Assembly (NCBI GenBank): GCA_964291625.2
Contig: OZ220089.1
Span: forward strand, 1,024,001-1,088,000
DNA: 64,000 nt
Source of the DNA: Candidatus Latescibacterota bacterium
GTDB lineage: Bacteria > Latescibacterota > UBA2968 > UBA8231
Direction: 5' to 3'
In this document: positions 56,701-64,000 of the stretch, piece after piece
Numbering within the stretch: position 1 is the first letter of the stretch
Layout of the letters: each line of letters begins with the position of its first letter
Translations under genes and position numbers: made by a program
The notes under the pieces: model-generated
Database searches by the model: none
What the model saw: the letters and a program-made list of their open reading frames with translations, nothing else
Told to the model about the DNA's origin: nothing

Positions 56701-59622
56701 CCAACGAACCACCACCTCCCCCGCCGTCTCCGACGCTACCGCCGAAACCGAATGAGGCGAATCCGGCGCCCGATCGTCCGAAAGCGACGTCGCCCCCACG
56801 AAACCCGACAGCTCGCTGCCCTCCCCGTCCGTGCCCACCGAGCGCACCTTGTAGTAATACCGCTGGCCCCCCGACAGGTTGCTGTCCACGTAGCTCGTCA
56901 GACCCGTCGTGAACGACGTGTTCTCCGCCCCCGGCAAACGACGATACTCCCCGTCCGACGTCGACGAGCGATACACGTCGTAACCCGCCAGCGACGGCTC
57001 CCCCACCGCCGTCCAGCTCAACTCGATCCGACCGATCCCCGAGTCCGCACGCAAGCCCGACGGAGACGCCAGACCCGACGTCGTCACCGACACCGAGGCG
57101 CTCGCCCGGCTCGTGTTCCCCGAACCGTCGAACGCCACCACGCTGTACGAATACGTCGTCCGGCTCTTCAGACCCGTGTCCCGATACTCCCGATCTGCCC
57201 GAGACAGCGTGTCCAACGCCACCGAGCCCCCCGACCCCTCCGAACGAAGCACCACGTACCCCGAAAGACCCGACAAAGACGAGCCCCCCGCGTCCGTCTC
57301 CGGAGCGCTCCAACGAACCACCACCTCCCCCGCCGTCTCCGACGCTACCGCCGACACCGAATGAGGCGAATCCGGCGCCCGATCGTCCGAAAGCGACGTC
57401 GCCCCCACGAAGCCCGACAGCTCGCTGCCCTCCCCGTCCGTGCCCACCGAGCGCACCTTGTAGTAATACCGCTGGCCCCCCGACAGGTTGCTGTCCACGT
57501 AGCTCGTCAGACCCGTCGTGAACGACGTGTTCTCCGCCCCCGGCAAACGACGATACTCCCCGTCCGACGTCGACGAGCGATACACGTCGTAGCCCGCCAG
57601 CGACGGCTCCCCCACCGCCGTCCAGCTCAACTCGATCCGACCGATCCCCGAGTCCGCACGCAAGCCCGACGGAGACGCCAGACCCGACGTCGTCACCGAC
57701 ACCGAGGCGCTCGCCCGGCTCGTGTTCCCCGAACCGTCGAACGCCACCACGCTGTACGAATACGTCGTCCGGCTCTTCAGACCCGTGTCCCGATACTCCC
57801 GATCTGCCCGAGACAGCGTGTCCAACGCCACCGAGCCCCCCGACCCCTCCGAACGAAGCACCACGTACCCCGAAAGACCCGACAACGCCGAGCCCCCCGC
57901 GTCCGTCTCCGGAGCGCTCCAGCGAACCACCACCTCCCCCGCCGTCTCCGACGCTACCGCCGAAACCGAATGAGGCGGATCCGGCGCCCGGTCGTCCGAA
58001 AGCGACGTCGCCCCCACGAAACCCGACAGCTCGCTGCCCTCCCCGTCCGTGCCCACCGAGCGCACCTTGTAGTAATACCGCTGGCCCCCCGACAGGTTGC
58101 TGTCCACATAGCTCGTCAGACCCGTCGTGAACGACGTGTTCTCCGCCCCCGGCAAACGACGATACTCCCCGTCCGACGTCGACGAGCGATACACGTCGTA
58201 GCCCGCCAGCGACGGCTCCCCCACCGCCGTCCAGCTCAACTCGATCCGACCGATCCCCGAGTCCGCACGCAAGCCCGACGGAGACGCCAGACCCGACGTC
58301 GTCACCGACACCGAGGCGCTCGCCCGGCTCGTGTTCCCCGAACCGTCGAACGCCACCACGCTGTACGAATACGTCGTCCGGCTCTTCAGACCCGTGTCCC
58401 GATACTCCCGATCTGCCCGAGACAGCGTGTCCAACGCCACCGAGCCCCCCGACCCCTCCGAACGAAGCACCACGTACCCCGAAAGACCCGACAACGCCGA
58501 GCCCCCCGCGTCCGTCTCCGGAGCGCTCCAGCGAACCACCACCTCCCCCGCCGTCTCCGACGCTACCGCCGAAACCGAATGAGGCGGATCCGGCGCCCGG
58601 TCGTCCGAAAGCGACGTCGCCCCCACGAAACCCGACAGCTCGCTGCCCTCCCCGTCCGTGCCCACCGAGCGCACCTTGTAGTAATACCGCTGGCCCCCCG
58701 ACAGGTTGCTGTCCACATAGCTCGTCAGACCCGTCGTGAACGACGTGTTCTCCGCCCCCGGCAAACGACGATACTCCCCGTCCGACGTCGACGAGCGATA
58801 CACGTCGTAGCCCGCCAGCGACGGCTCCCCCACCGCCGTCCAGCTCAACTCGATCCGACCGATCCCCGAGTCCGCACGCAAGCCCGACGGAGACGCCAGA
58901 CCCGACGTCGTCACCGACACCGAGGCGCTCGCCCGGCTCGTGTTCCCCGAACCGTCGAACGCCACCACGCTGTACGAATACGTCGTCCGGCTCTTCAGAC
59001 CCGTGTCCCGATACTCCCGATCTGCCCGAGACAGCGTGTCCAACGCCACCGAGCCCCCCGACCCCTCCGAACGAAGCACCACGTACCCCGAAAGACCCGA
59101 CAACGCCGAGCCCCCCGCGTCCGTCTCCGGAGCGCTCCAGCGAACCACCACCTCCCCCGCCGTCTCCGACGCTACCGCCGAAACCGAATGAGGCGGATCC
59201 GGCGCCCGGTCGTCCGAAAGCGACGTCGCCCCCACGAAACCCGACAGCTCGCTGCGAAGACCGCTGGTGTCGACGGCCGCCACCCGGTAGAAGAAGGTGT
59301 GGATCTCGCCCCGGATGGTGTCGTCGAAGGTGGTCTTGCCGGTGGTGATCCCCGCCGTCGAATCGCCCTCTCCGGAGACGAAGGTGAAGGTGCCGTTGGA
59401 GCGGTCGGAGCGCAGGACGGCGTAGCCCGCCAGATCCGGGTCGGTCACCGGCTGCCAGGCCAGGCGGATAAGTCCGATCTCGCCCCGGGCCGAGACCTCC
59501 GCCGGGGTTGCCGGCCGGCCCTGGACCAGGTCGGCCTGGGGATCGAGGGGGTTGCTGCGGTCGCGATCGCAGCCCACGGCGAGGATGGCGAGCAGCAGGG
59601 CGCCGGCGGCGATGCTCTTCAT
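53719..59622 (-). CDS. Large fibronectin type III repeat lipoprotein (1967 aa)
   Basis: Lipobox LAVGC then DRDRSNPLDP; about 19 FN3-like units (L.W...LAGY.VYRS...Y.Y.V.A.D). Confidence 0.9.
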   Translation of the reverse strand: MKSIAAGALLLAILAVGCDRDRSNPLDPQADLVQGRPATPAEVSARGEIGLIRLAWQPVTDPDLAGYAVLRSDRSNGTFTFVSGEGDSTAGITTGKTTFDDTIRGEIHTFFYRVAAVDTSGLRSELSGFVGATSLSDDRAPDPPHSVSAVASETAGEVVVRWSAPETDAGGSALSGLSGYVVLRSEGSGGSVALDTLSRADREYRDTGLKSRTTYSYSVVAFDGSGNTSRASASVSVTTSGLASPSGLRADSGIGRIELSWTAVGEPSLAGYDVYRSSTSDGEYRRLPGAENTSFTTGLTSYVDSNLSGGQRYYYKVRSVGTDGEGSELSGFVGATSLSDDRAPDPPHSVSAVASETAGEVVVRWSAPETDAGGSALSGLSGYVVLRSEGSGGSVALDTLSRADREYRDTGLKSRTTYSYSVVAFDGSGNTSRASASVSVTTSGLASPSGLRADSGIGRIELSWTAVGEPSLAGYDVYRSSTSDGEYRRLPGAENTSFTTGLTSYVDSNLSGGQRYYYKVRSVGTDGEGSELSGFVGATSLSDDRAPDPPHSVSAVASETAGEVVVRWSAPETDAGGSALSGLSGYVVLRSEGSGGSVALDTLSRADREYRDTGLKSRTTYSYSVVAFDGSGNTSRASASVSVTTSGLASPSGLRADSGIGRIELSWTAVGEPSLAGYDVYRSSTSDGEYRRLPGAENTSFTTGLTSYVDSNLSGGQRYYYKVRSVGTDGEGSELSGFVGATSLSDDRAPDSPHSVSAVASETAGEVVVRWSAPETDAGGSSLSGLSGYVVLRSEGSGGSVALDTLSRADREYRDTGLKSRTTYSYSVVAFDGSGNTSRASASVSVTTSGLASPSGLRADSGIGRIELSWTAVGEPSLAGYDVYRSSTSDGEYRRLPGAENTSFTTGLTSYVDSNLSGGQRYYYKVRSVGTDGEGSELSGFVGATSLSDDRAPDSPHSVSAVASETAGEVVVRWSAPETDAGGSSLSGLSGYVVLRSEGSGGSVALDTLSRADREYRDTGLKSRTTYSYSVVAFDGSGNTSRASASVSVTTSGLASPSGLRADSGIGRIELSWTAVGEPSLAGYDVYRSSTSDGEYRRLPGAENTSFTTGLTSYVDSNLSGGQRYYYKVRSVGTDGEGSELSGFVGATSLSDDRAPDSPHSVSAVASETAGEVVVRWSAPETDAGGSSLSGLSGYVVLRSEGSGGSVALDTLSRADREYRDTGLKSRTTYSYSVVAFDGSGNTSRASASVSVTTSGLASPSGLRADSGIGRIELSWTAVGEPSLAGYDVYRSSTSDGEYRRLPGAENTSFTTGLTSYVDGNLPEGRRYYYKVRSVGTDGMGSELSGFVGATSLADDRAPGAPRRVEAEPVPSDPSRITLRWSAPSQDSDGGPLTGLSGFILLRAEGEGSFVRTAALGSDDRRFEDSGLTGLTTYRYALIAVDGAGNESVPSAAVRVTTTGVPAPANVAVEDGIGRIELSWGPVDHGDLLGYNVYRAARPDEPFSRLEGDGGETFSTGRTTFVDSSLGAGELVYYRVTAVTAQFEGEPSVIVSGTAGADDVAPDTPTGLVAIADEDRAEVSLRWTRPRTDLGGGDLTGLRSFIVYRSEDGPEALTAVDTVDAGSITFTDSGLEPATIYYYSVSAADASGNVSPRAAAVPATTPGIASPAAVSAAGEVSRVVLTWSPSDDDELLGYNVYRSRRPDEGYARLAGAEGTPFTTGQTSYIDSNLTSGLVLYYRVTVVTSSGESAPSAFSGATVLLDVQAPEAPSQVTGRPVPEHPDELELSWRPPRRDEDGSRLTGVSGYIIYRADEEGGEFATVDSSVASTFVDTALSQQTTYYYQVQAFDAEGNVGPRSETAEATTGGVERPTHVRLVAATPSNSNDRPVVTITWTASKGAILHYEVQRTTVADSTRDGDYTEILPHEFSTTREDNTVRRGQTYYYRVRAVDIDDRVSDWTEPLGITVAE
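55552..59255. repeat. About 6.1 near-identical tandem copies of a 609-bp (203-aa, two-FN3) unit with strong nucleotide skew
   Basis: Shadow ORFs recur at 55895, 56504, 57113, 57722, 58331 and 58940 (period exactly 609). The + strand has C>>G and A>T in the lines counted. Confidence 0.95.
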
Positions 59623-59641
59623 GGCAGGGGCTTCACCCGGA

Positions 59642-60169
59642 TCAGTGGAAGCGGCGCTGCAGCCGGAGCCCGAGTATCCGGGGCGCCGCGACCGGTACCA
59701 GGGAGAGGGAGGGACTGGCCGCCGAGGCGGCGCCGCGGAACTCGCCGCCGCCGGTGAACAGGAGACGCAAGCCGGTTACGCCGCAGGCCGCGGCCAGGGC
59801 CCAGCTGACCTGACTCTTCACGTCCCGGTTGGTGGTGCGCTGGTAGAGCTTCTGGATCTCGGCCTGGTCGTCGGCGGCCTTGTAGGCCTCGTAGAAGGCG
59901 TCGGCCTCGTCCTTGTAATCGAATCCCCGGGCGGTGAGGGCGGCGCCGCCCGCGAGAAAGGCCAGGCCGAGGGTTCGGCGAAACGTGATGAGGCCGGACC
60001 CGTCGGCCTCGGAGCCCTGCATGGCCGCCGGCCGCTCGACGGCGGCCCCGGACCCCGGGGGCGGCGCCGCGTTGGAGGCCGTGGCCGCGGCCAGGGGCAG
60101 CAGGCCGAGGGCGATGCAAGCGATCAGGGTCCGAAGAAGGGTGGAAGCACTGATGGGAATCAGGGTCAT
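59642..60169 (-). CDS. Hypothetical exported/membrane protein preceding the FN3 lipoprotein
   Basis: Signal peptide, TM-helix-TM segment (AFYEAYKAADD), C-terminal beta-hairpin SLSLVP...GLRLQRRF. Start may be GTG 60175. Confidence 0.65.
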   Translation of the reverse strand: MTLIPISASTLLRTLIACIALGLLPLAAATASNAAPPPGSGAAVERPAAMQGSEADGSGLITFRRTLGLAFLAGGAALTARGFDYKDEADAFYEAYKAADDQAEIQKLYQRTTNRDVKSQVSWALAAACGVTGLRLLFTGGGEFRGAASAASPSLSLVPVAAPRILGLRLQRRFH

Positions 60170-60244
60170 CGGCACGACCGTGAAGGCGCCAAGGAATGCG
60201 CCAACTCCATGAAACTTGTGGACTTACGCTAGGTTGCGAAGACT

Positions 60245-60273
60245 ACGGTAGAGACTAGGGTGGACTTTGTCAA
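60245..60273 (-). promoter_or_regulatory. sigma70 promoter for the leftward run (hypothetical, FN3, tilS...)
   Basis: TTGACA-N17-TACCGT on the minus strand. Confidence 0.55.
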
Positions 60274-60322
60274 CCAGAGTCCAGGGCGCCTTTCTGCCCG
60301 GCGGAAGCCGTGGGTCTGCGCA

Positions 60323-60351
60323 TTGACAAATGAACGAATGTTCAGTAATGT
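60323..60351 (+). promoter_or_regulatory. lexA promoter with palindromic SOS box in the spacer
   Basis: TTGACA-N17-TAATGT; the spacer contains TGAAC-GAAT-GTTCA (60331-60344). Confidence 0.8.
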
Positions 60352-60415
60352 TGATGCGATTCGGCAGCCTGGATCGGGACCCGCGCCCGACATCACGGAG
60401 AGAGGAGGCCAGGCC

Positions 60416-61042
60416 ATGGCCAAGCAACTGACCCAGCGCCAGCAGGCGATCTTCGACTTCATCGCCGGCATCATCCGCAGGCGAGGGGCCCCGCCCACGA
60501 TCCGCGAGATCATGGACCAGTTCGGCATCAGCTCCACCAACGGCGTTCGCACCACCCTGGCCGCCCTTGAGAAGAAGGGACACATCCGCCGCCATCCCCG
60601 GCTGTCGCGGGGGATCGAGCTGGTGGACGGGCCCTACCTGCCCGAGCACGGGACGGTGCAGGTTCCCATTCTCGGACGGGTCGCGGCCGGCGCCCCGATC
60701 CTGGCGGAAGAGAACGTGGAAGACACCATTCACGTCGATCCGTCGCTGGCGCCGGCCTCGGGCAGAGCCTTCGCCCTGCGCGTGCGCGGCGACAGCATGA
60801 CCGACGCCGGCATCCTCGATGGCGACATCGTCGTGGCCCGCCAGCAGGAGACGGCCGACCGCGGCGACATCGTCGTCGCTCTCCTCGACGACGAGGCCAC
60901 CGTCAAGCGCTTCGATCCGGTGGCGGGGGCCGTCCGGCTGCTCCCGGAAAACCCCGCCTACGCACCCATCGTCCTCTCCGGAGACGAGGGGACCCAACTG
61001 CGCATCGCCGGCAAGGTGGTCGGCCTCATGAGAAGGGTGTGA
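60416..61042 (+). CDS. lexA: SOS repressor LexA
   Basis: LTQRQ, PPTIREI, Ala-Gly cleavage site VAAG, GDSM (Ser) and ATVKR (Lys); GGAGG RBS. Confidence 0.95.
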   Translation: MAKQLTQRQQAIFDFIAGIIRRRGAPPTIREIMDQFGISSTNGVRTTLAALEKKGHIRRHPRLSRGIELVDGPYLPEHGTVQVPILGRVAAGAPILAEENVEDTIHVDPSLAPASGRAFALRVRGDSMTDAGILDGDIVVARQQETADRGDIVVALLDDEATVKRFDPVAGAVRLLPENPAYAPIVLSGDEGTQLRIAGKVVGLMRRV

Positions 61043-61049
61043 CCCATCC

Positions 61050-62393
61050 ATGAGGCGGCCGGAGGAGGTCGCCGCCCGACACCGTGGCGACGCCCTGGCC
61101 ATTCTCCGCGCCGCCATCGCCGCCGTAGAGCCGGGGGAGTTGGTCGGCCGCGCTCTCTCCCTGCAGGGAACGGGTCTGGTCGCCGGCGACCACCGGCTGC
61201 CCCTTGCCCACGATTCCCGGATCGTCGTCGTGGGGGCGGGCAAGGCCACACCGGCCATGGCAGCCGCCGCCGAGGCCGTCCTCGGGCCCCGCCTCACGGC
61301 CGGCTCCATCAACACCAAGTACGGCCACCGCCTGAGCCTGGCGACCATCCACACGGTGGACTGCGGCCACCCCCTGCCCGACGACGCCGGGGTGGAGGGG
61401 ACGCGGCGCATGCTTCGGCTCGTCGACGGCCTCGGCCCCGACGACGTGGTCCTGTGCCTGTTCTCGGGCGGGGGATCGGCGCTGATGCCGGCGCCCGCCG
61501 ACGGCATCTCGCTGGAGGAGAAGGTCGCCGTCACCGACGCCCTGCTGCGCTGTGGGGCCACCATCGACGAGCTCAACGCCGTCAGAAAGCACCTGTCGGA
61601 GGTCAAGGGCGGACAGCTGGCCCGGCGGGCGGCGCCGGCGAGGGTGGTCTCTCTGATGATCTCCGATGTCATCGGCGACCCGGTGCACACCATCGCCTCG
61701 GGACCGACCTGCGCCGATCCCACCACCTTCGAGGACTGCCTGCGCCTCGTCGACCGCTACCAGCTGCGGGAAGCCCTGCCGGCGTCCGTGGTGGCGCGCT
61801 TCGAGCGAGGCGCCTGCGGACACCTCCCGGAGACGCCGGGCCCCGAGGATCCGTCGGTGCAGGCGGCCCTCAATCTGGTGATCGGCAACAACTCGCTGGC
61901 CCTCGACGCCGCGCGGGAGGAGGCGGTCCACCGCGGCTACCGCACCCTCGTGCTGTCGACGCGTATCGCGGGTGAAACCCGCGAGGCGGCCGGGGTCCAC
62001 GCCGCCATCGCCGCCGAGATCGTCCTCAGCGGACAGCCCGTCCCCTGCCCCGCTTGCGTCATCACCGGTGGCGAGACCACGGTCACCCTCCGGGGCGGCG
62101 GCAAGGGCGGGCGCAACCAGGAGTTCGTTCTCGCCGCCGCCCTCGGCCTGGAGGGAACCACCGGAATCACGGTCATGAGCGCCGGCACCGACGGCACCGA
62201 CGGGCCTACCGATGCCGCCGGGGCGATCGCCGACGGAACGACCCTGGCCCGCGCCGCCGCCGCCGGACTGTCGGCGGGTGACCACCTCGAGCGCAACGAC
62301 TCCTACCCCTTCTTCGAGGCTCTGGGGGACCTCATCGTCACCGGGCCCACCGGGACCAACGTGATGGACCTGAGACTGATGCTGGTCGGCTGA
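61050..62393 (+). CDS. Glycerate 2-kinase (class II, MOFRL/TtuD family)
   Basis: GAGKA, GHPLPD, SGGGSAL, SDVIGD, GGETTV, GGRNQE, GTDGTDG and TGTNVMD. Confidence 0.92.
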   Translation: MRRPEEVAARHRGDALAILRAAIAAVEPGELVGRALSLQGTGLVAGDHRLPLAHDSRIVVVGAGKATPAMAAAAEAVLGPRLTAGSINTKYGHRLSLATIHTVDCGHPLPDDAGVEGTRRMLRLVDGLGPDDVVLCLFSGGGSALMPAPADGISLEEKVAVTDALLRCGATIDELNAVRKHLSEVKGGQLARRAAPARVVSLMISDVIGDPVHTIASGPTCADPTTFEDCLRLVDRYQLREALPASVVARFERGACGHLPETPGPEDPSVQAALNLVIGNNSLALDAAREEAVHRGYRTLVLSTRIAGETREAAGVHAAIAAEIVLSGQPVPCPACVITGGETTVTLRGGGKGGRNQEFVLAAALGLEGTTGITVMSAGTDGTDGPTDAAGAIADGTTLARAAAAGLSAGDHLERNDSYPFFEALGDLIVTGPTGTNVMDLRLMLVG

Positions 62394-62453
62394 GCAAGCC
62401 GTCCGGCCCCTCGCGGGTTGAAGTCCCCGGCCCCCACCTCTAGACTTGAACAA

Positions 62454-63398
62454 GTGACTCGACGGATCCCCTGCACGGCGCTGCTCTGTTCCGCCCTCCT
62501 GTCCTGGCCAGCCCCCCCGGCTCACGGGGCCAGCGCCTACGCCGGCGAGTTCCTGGCCGTCGGCGCCGGGGCTCGGGGCCTCGCCCTCGGCAGCGCCTGC
62601 GTGGCCCTTGGAGACGCGGCCACCGCCGGCTACTGGAACAGCGCCGGTCTCGCCGGCTCGCCCGAGCGCCAAGCCCACTTCACCCACGGCGAGCGCTTCA
62701 ACGGCCTCGTCCGGCAGGACTACGTGGCCTTCGTCACCCCCGGACCGTACTTCGACGGCCTCGGCATCGGCCTGCTGCGCCTCGGCGTCGACGGCATCCA
62801 CTTCACCGACCTGCCCGACCCTTCGGCGCCTCTGGGGCCCGACAACCGCCCCTTCGTCTCGTCCACCGAGTCGGCCGCCGACTACGCCCTGTACCTCTCC
62901 GCGGGCCGGCGCCTGGGAGAGCGTCTCGACATCGGCGCCAGCGCCAAGCTCATCCATCGCTCGGTGGCCGACCTCACCGCCTACGGCGGCGGCCTCGACC
63001 TGGGCCTGCGCTACCGCCCGGCCCCTTCCCTGACCCTGGCCGCCAACATCCGCGACGTGACCACCACCCCCATCCTCTGGGACGGGACCACCGACCGCAT
63101 CCAGCCCTCCCTCCTCCTGGGGGCGGCCTATGGACGCGCTCTCGCCGGGGGCACGGCTTCGGTGGCCATCGGCTCGCGCTCCGGGGGCGATGCCGAGGAC
63201 GAGGCCGGCACCGCCCCGGTCCACGCCGGCATCGAGTACGACGCCGGGCGGCTGGCCCTGCGCGCCGGCCTGGAAGAGCAGCGTCAGACCTTCGGAGTCG
63301 GTCTGCGGGTCAGTCCCCGGCTGCAGGTCGACCTCGCCTACCTGCAGCACGACGACCTCGAGGGCACCTATCTGCTCTCCGCCGACGTCCGCTTCTGA
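62454..63398 (+). CDS. PorV/PorQ (UPF0164-like) outer-membrane beta-barrel
   Basis: FLAVGAGARGLALG.A..A...A.YWN.AGL N-terminal signature, DLG, LRAG and C-terminal Phe. Start uncertain (62418 or 62454). Confidence 0.75.
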   Translation: MTRRIPCTALLCSALLSWPAPPAHGASAYAGEFLAVGAGARGLALGSACVALGDAATAGYWNSAGLAGSPERQAHFTHGERFNGLVRQDYVAFVTPGPYFDGLGIGLLRLGVDGIHFTDLPDPSAPLGPDNRPFVSSTESAADYALYLSAGRRLGERLDIGASAKLIHRSVADLTAYGGGLDLGLRYRPAPSLTLAANIRDVTTTPILWDGTTDRIQPSLLLGAAYGRALAGGTASVAIGSRSGGDAEDEAGTAPVHAGIEYDAGRLALRAGLEEQRQTFGVGLRVSPRLQVDLAYLQHDDLEGTYLLSADVRF

Positions 63399-64000
63399 GA
63401 ACGGCGGCGCCCCCGGACCGATCTCCCGTTTCGGGTACGTCGCCTTCGTCGGCCGTCCCAACGCCGGCAAGTCCACCCTCTTCAACGCCCTCCTCGGCCA
63501 GCGCCTGTCCATCGTCACGGCGCGGCCCCAGACGACGCGGGGCCGAATCCTCGGCATCCTCACCCGTCCCGCCAGTCAGGTCGTCCTCCTCGACACACCG
63601 GGCCTGCTCGAGGCCAGGTACCGCCTCCACGAGACGATGGAACGCCAGATCCAACGGGCCTGCGCCGACGCCGACGTGGTGGTGCTCCTCCTCGACGGGA
63701 CCCGGCCCGACGACCGTGGCCGCCTCGTGGACGCCTTCCTCCGGCGCAACCGCAAGCCGGTGCTGCCCGTGCTCAACAAGGTGGACCGAGTCGATCCCGA
63801 AGGGGTGGAAGCGCTGCTGGCGCGCCTCTCCAATGACCACGGACTCTCCGGCCTCCTGCCGATCTCCGCCCTCACCGGCACCAACGTCGCCTTTCTGCTG
63901 TCCCGTCTCGAGGAGCTGCTGCCGCCGGGGCCGGCGATGTACCCGGCGGACCGGATCGCCGAGCAGCCGGAGCGGTTCTTCGCCGCCGAGTTGATCCGCG
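63385..64000 (+). CDS. era: GTPase Era (partial, runs off the right edge)
   Basis: Not in the ORF track; my translation gives RFGYVAFVGRPNAGKSTLFN...PQTTR...DTPG...NKVD...ISA...ERFFAAELIR. No canonical start codon nearby. Confidence 0.92.

Noticed and set aside
55552-59255. Array considered as CRISPR or as diversity-generating retroelement TR/VR
   Set aside because: The units are 609-bp in-frame coding repeats with no spacers. Differences are few and not confined to adenines, and there is no reverse transcriptase or cas gene in the window.
52843-59757. 2304-aa + strand ORF and 1013-aa Gly-rich minus-strand ORF over the FN3 gene
   Set aside because: These are antisense or alternate-frame shadows. 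They are Arg/Pro- or Gly/Val-rich, and stop codons are scarce because of GC content, skew and repetition.

Overview
A high-GC bacterial chromosome segment, gene-dense and mostly housekeeping or metabolic. A PorV-like barrel, a TonB-dependent receptor, Calx-beta/FN3/collagen-like surface proteins, a PhyH protein and several enolase-family enzymes suggest a diderm FCB-related lineage such as Latescibacterota, possibly a sponge symbiont; this is inference only. Recognisable genes are ilvBN, ppdK, parAB, larB, mobA, ctaB, ligA, argRBDH, cdaA, folP, ftsH, tilS, lexA, a glycerate kinase, a partial era and a HEPN-MNT toxin-antitoxin pair. I saw no rRNA, tRNA, CRISPR array, integrase or transposase. 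The main highlights are: (1) a 1967-aa FN3 lipoprotein with six near-identical 609-bp tandem units whose DNA has strong local G/T strand skew and mosaic variants, i.e. a GRINS-like element outside a PKS; (2) an ARG-box-controlled arg operon running without gaps into three uncharacterised enolase-superfamily genes, one an apparent pseudoenzyme with an internal 93-bp duplication, and an M20 hydrolase; (3) a chain of ATGA-coupled small ORFs in the ilvB leader; (4) a GAAC-N4-GTTC SOS box in the lexA promoter; (5) probable non-canonical starts (CTG for a dipeptidase, ACG or ATC for era); (6) a one-base frameshift in the TonB-dependent receptor. All calls come from reading motifs by eye, with no database searches.
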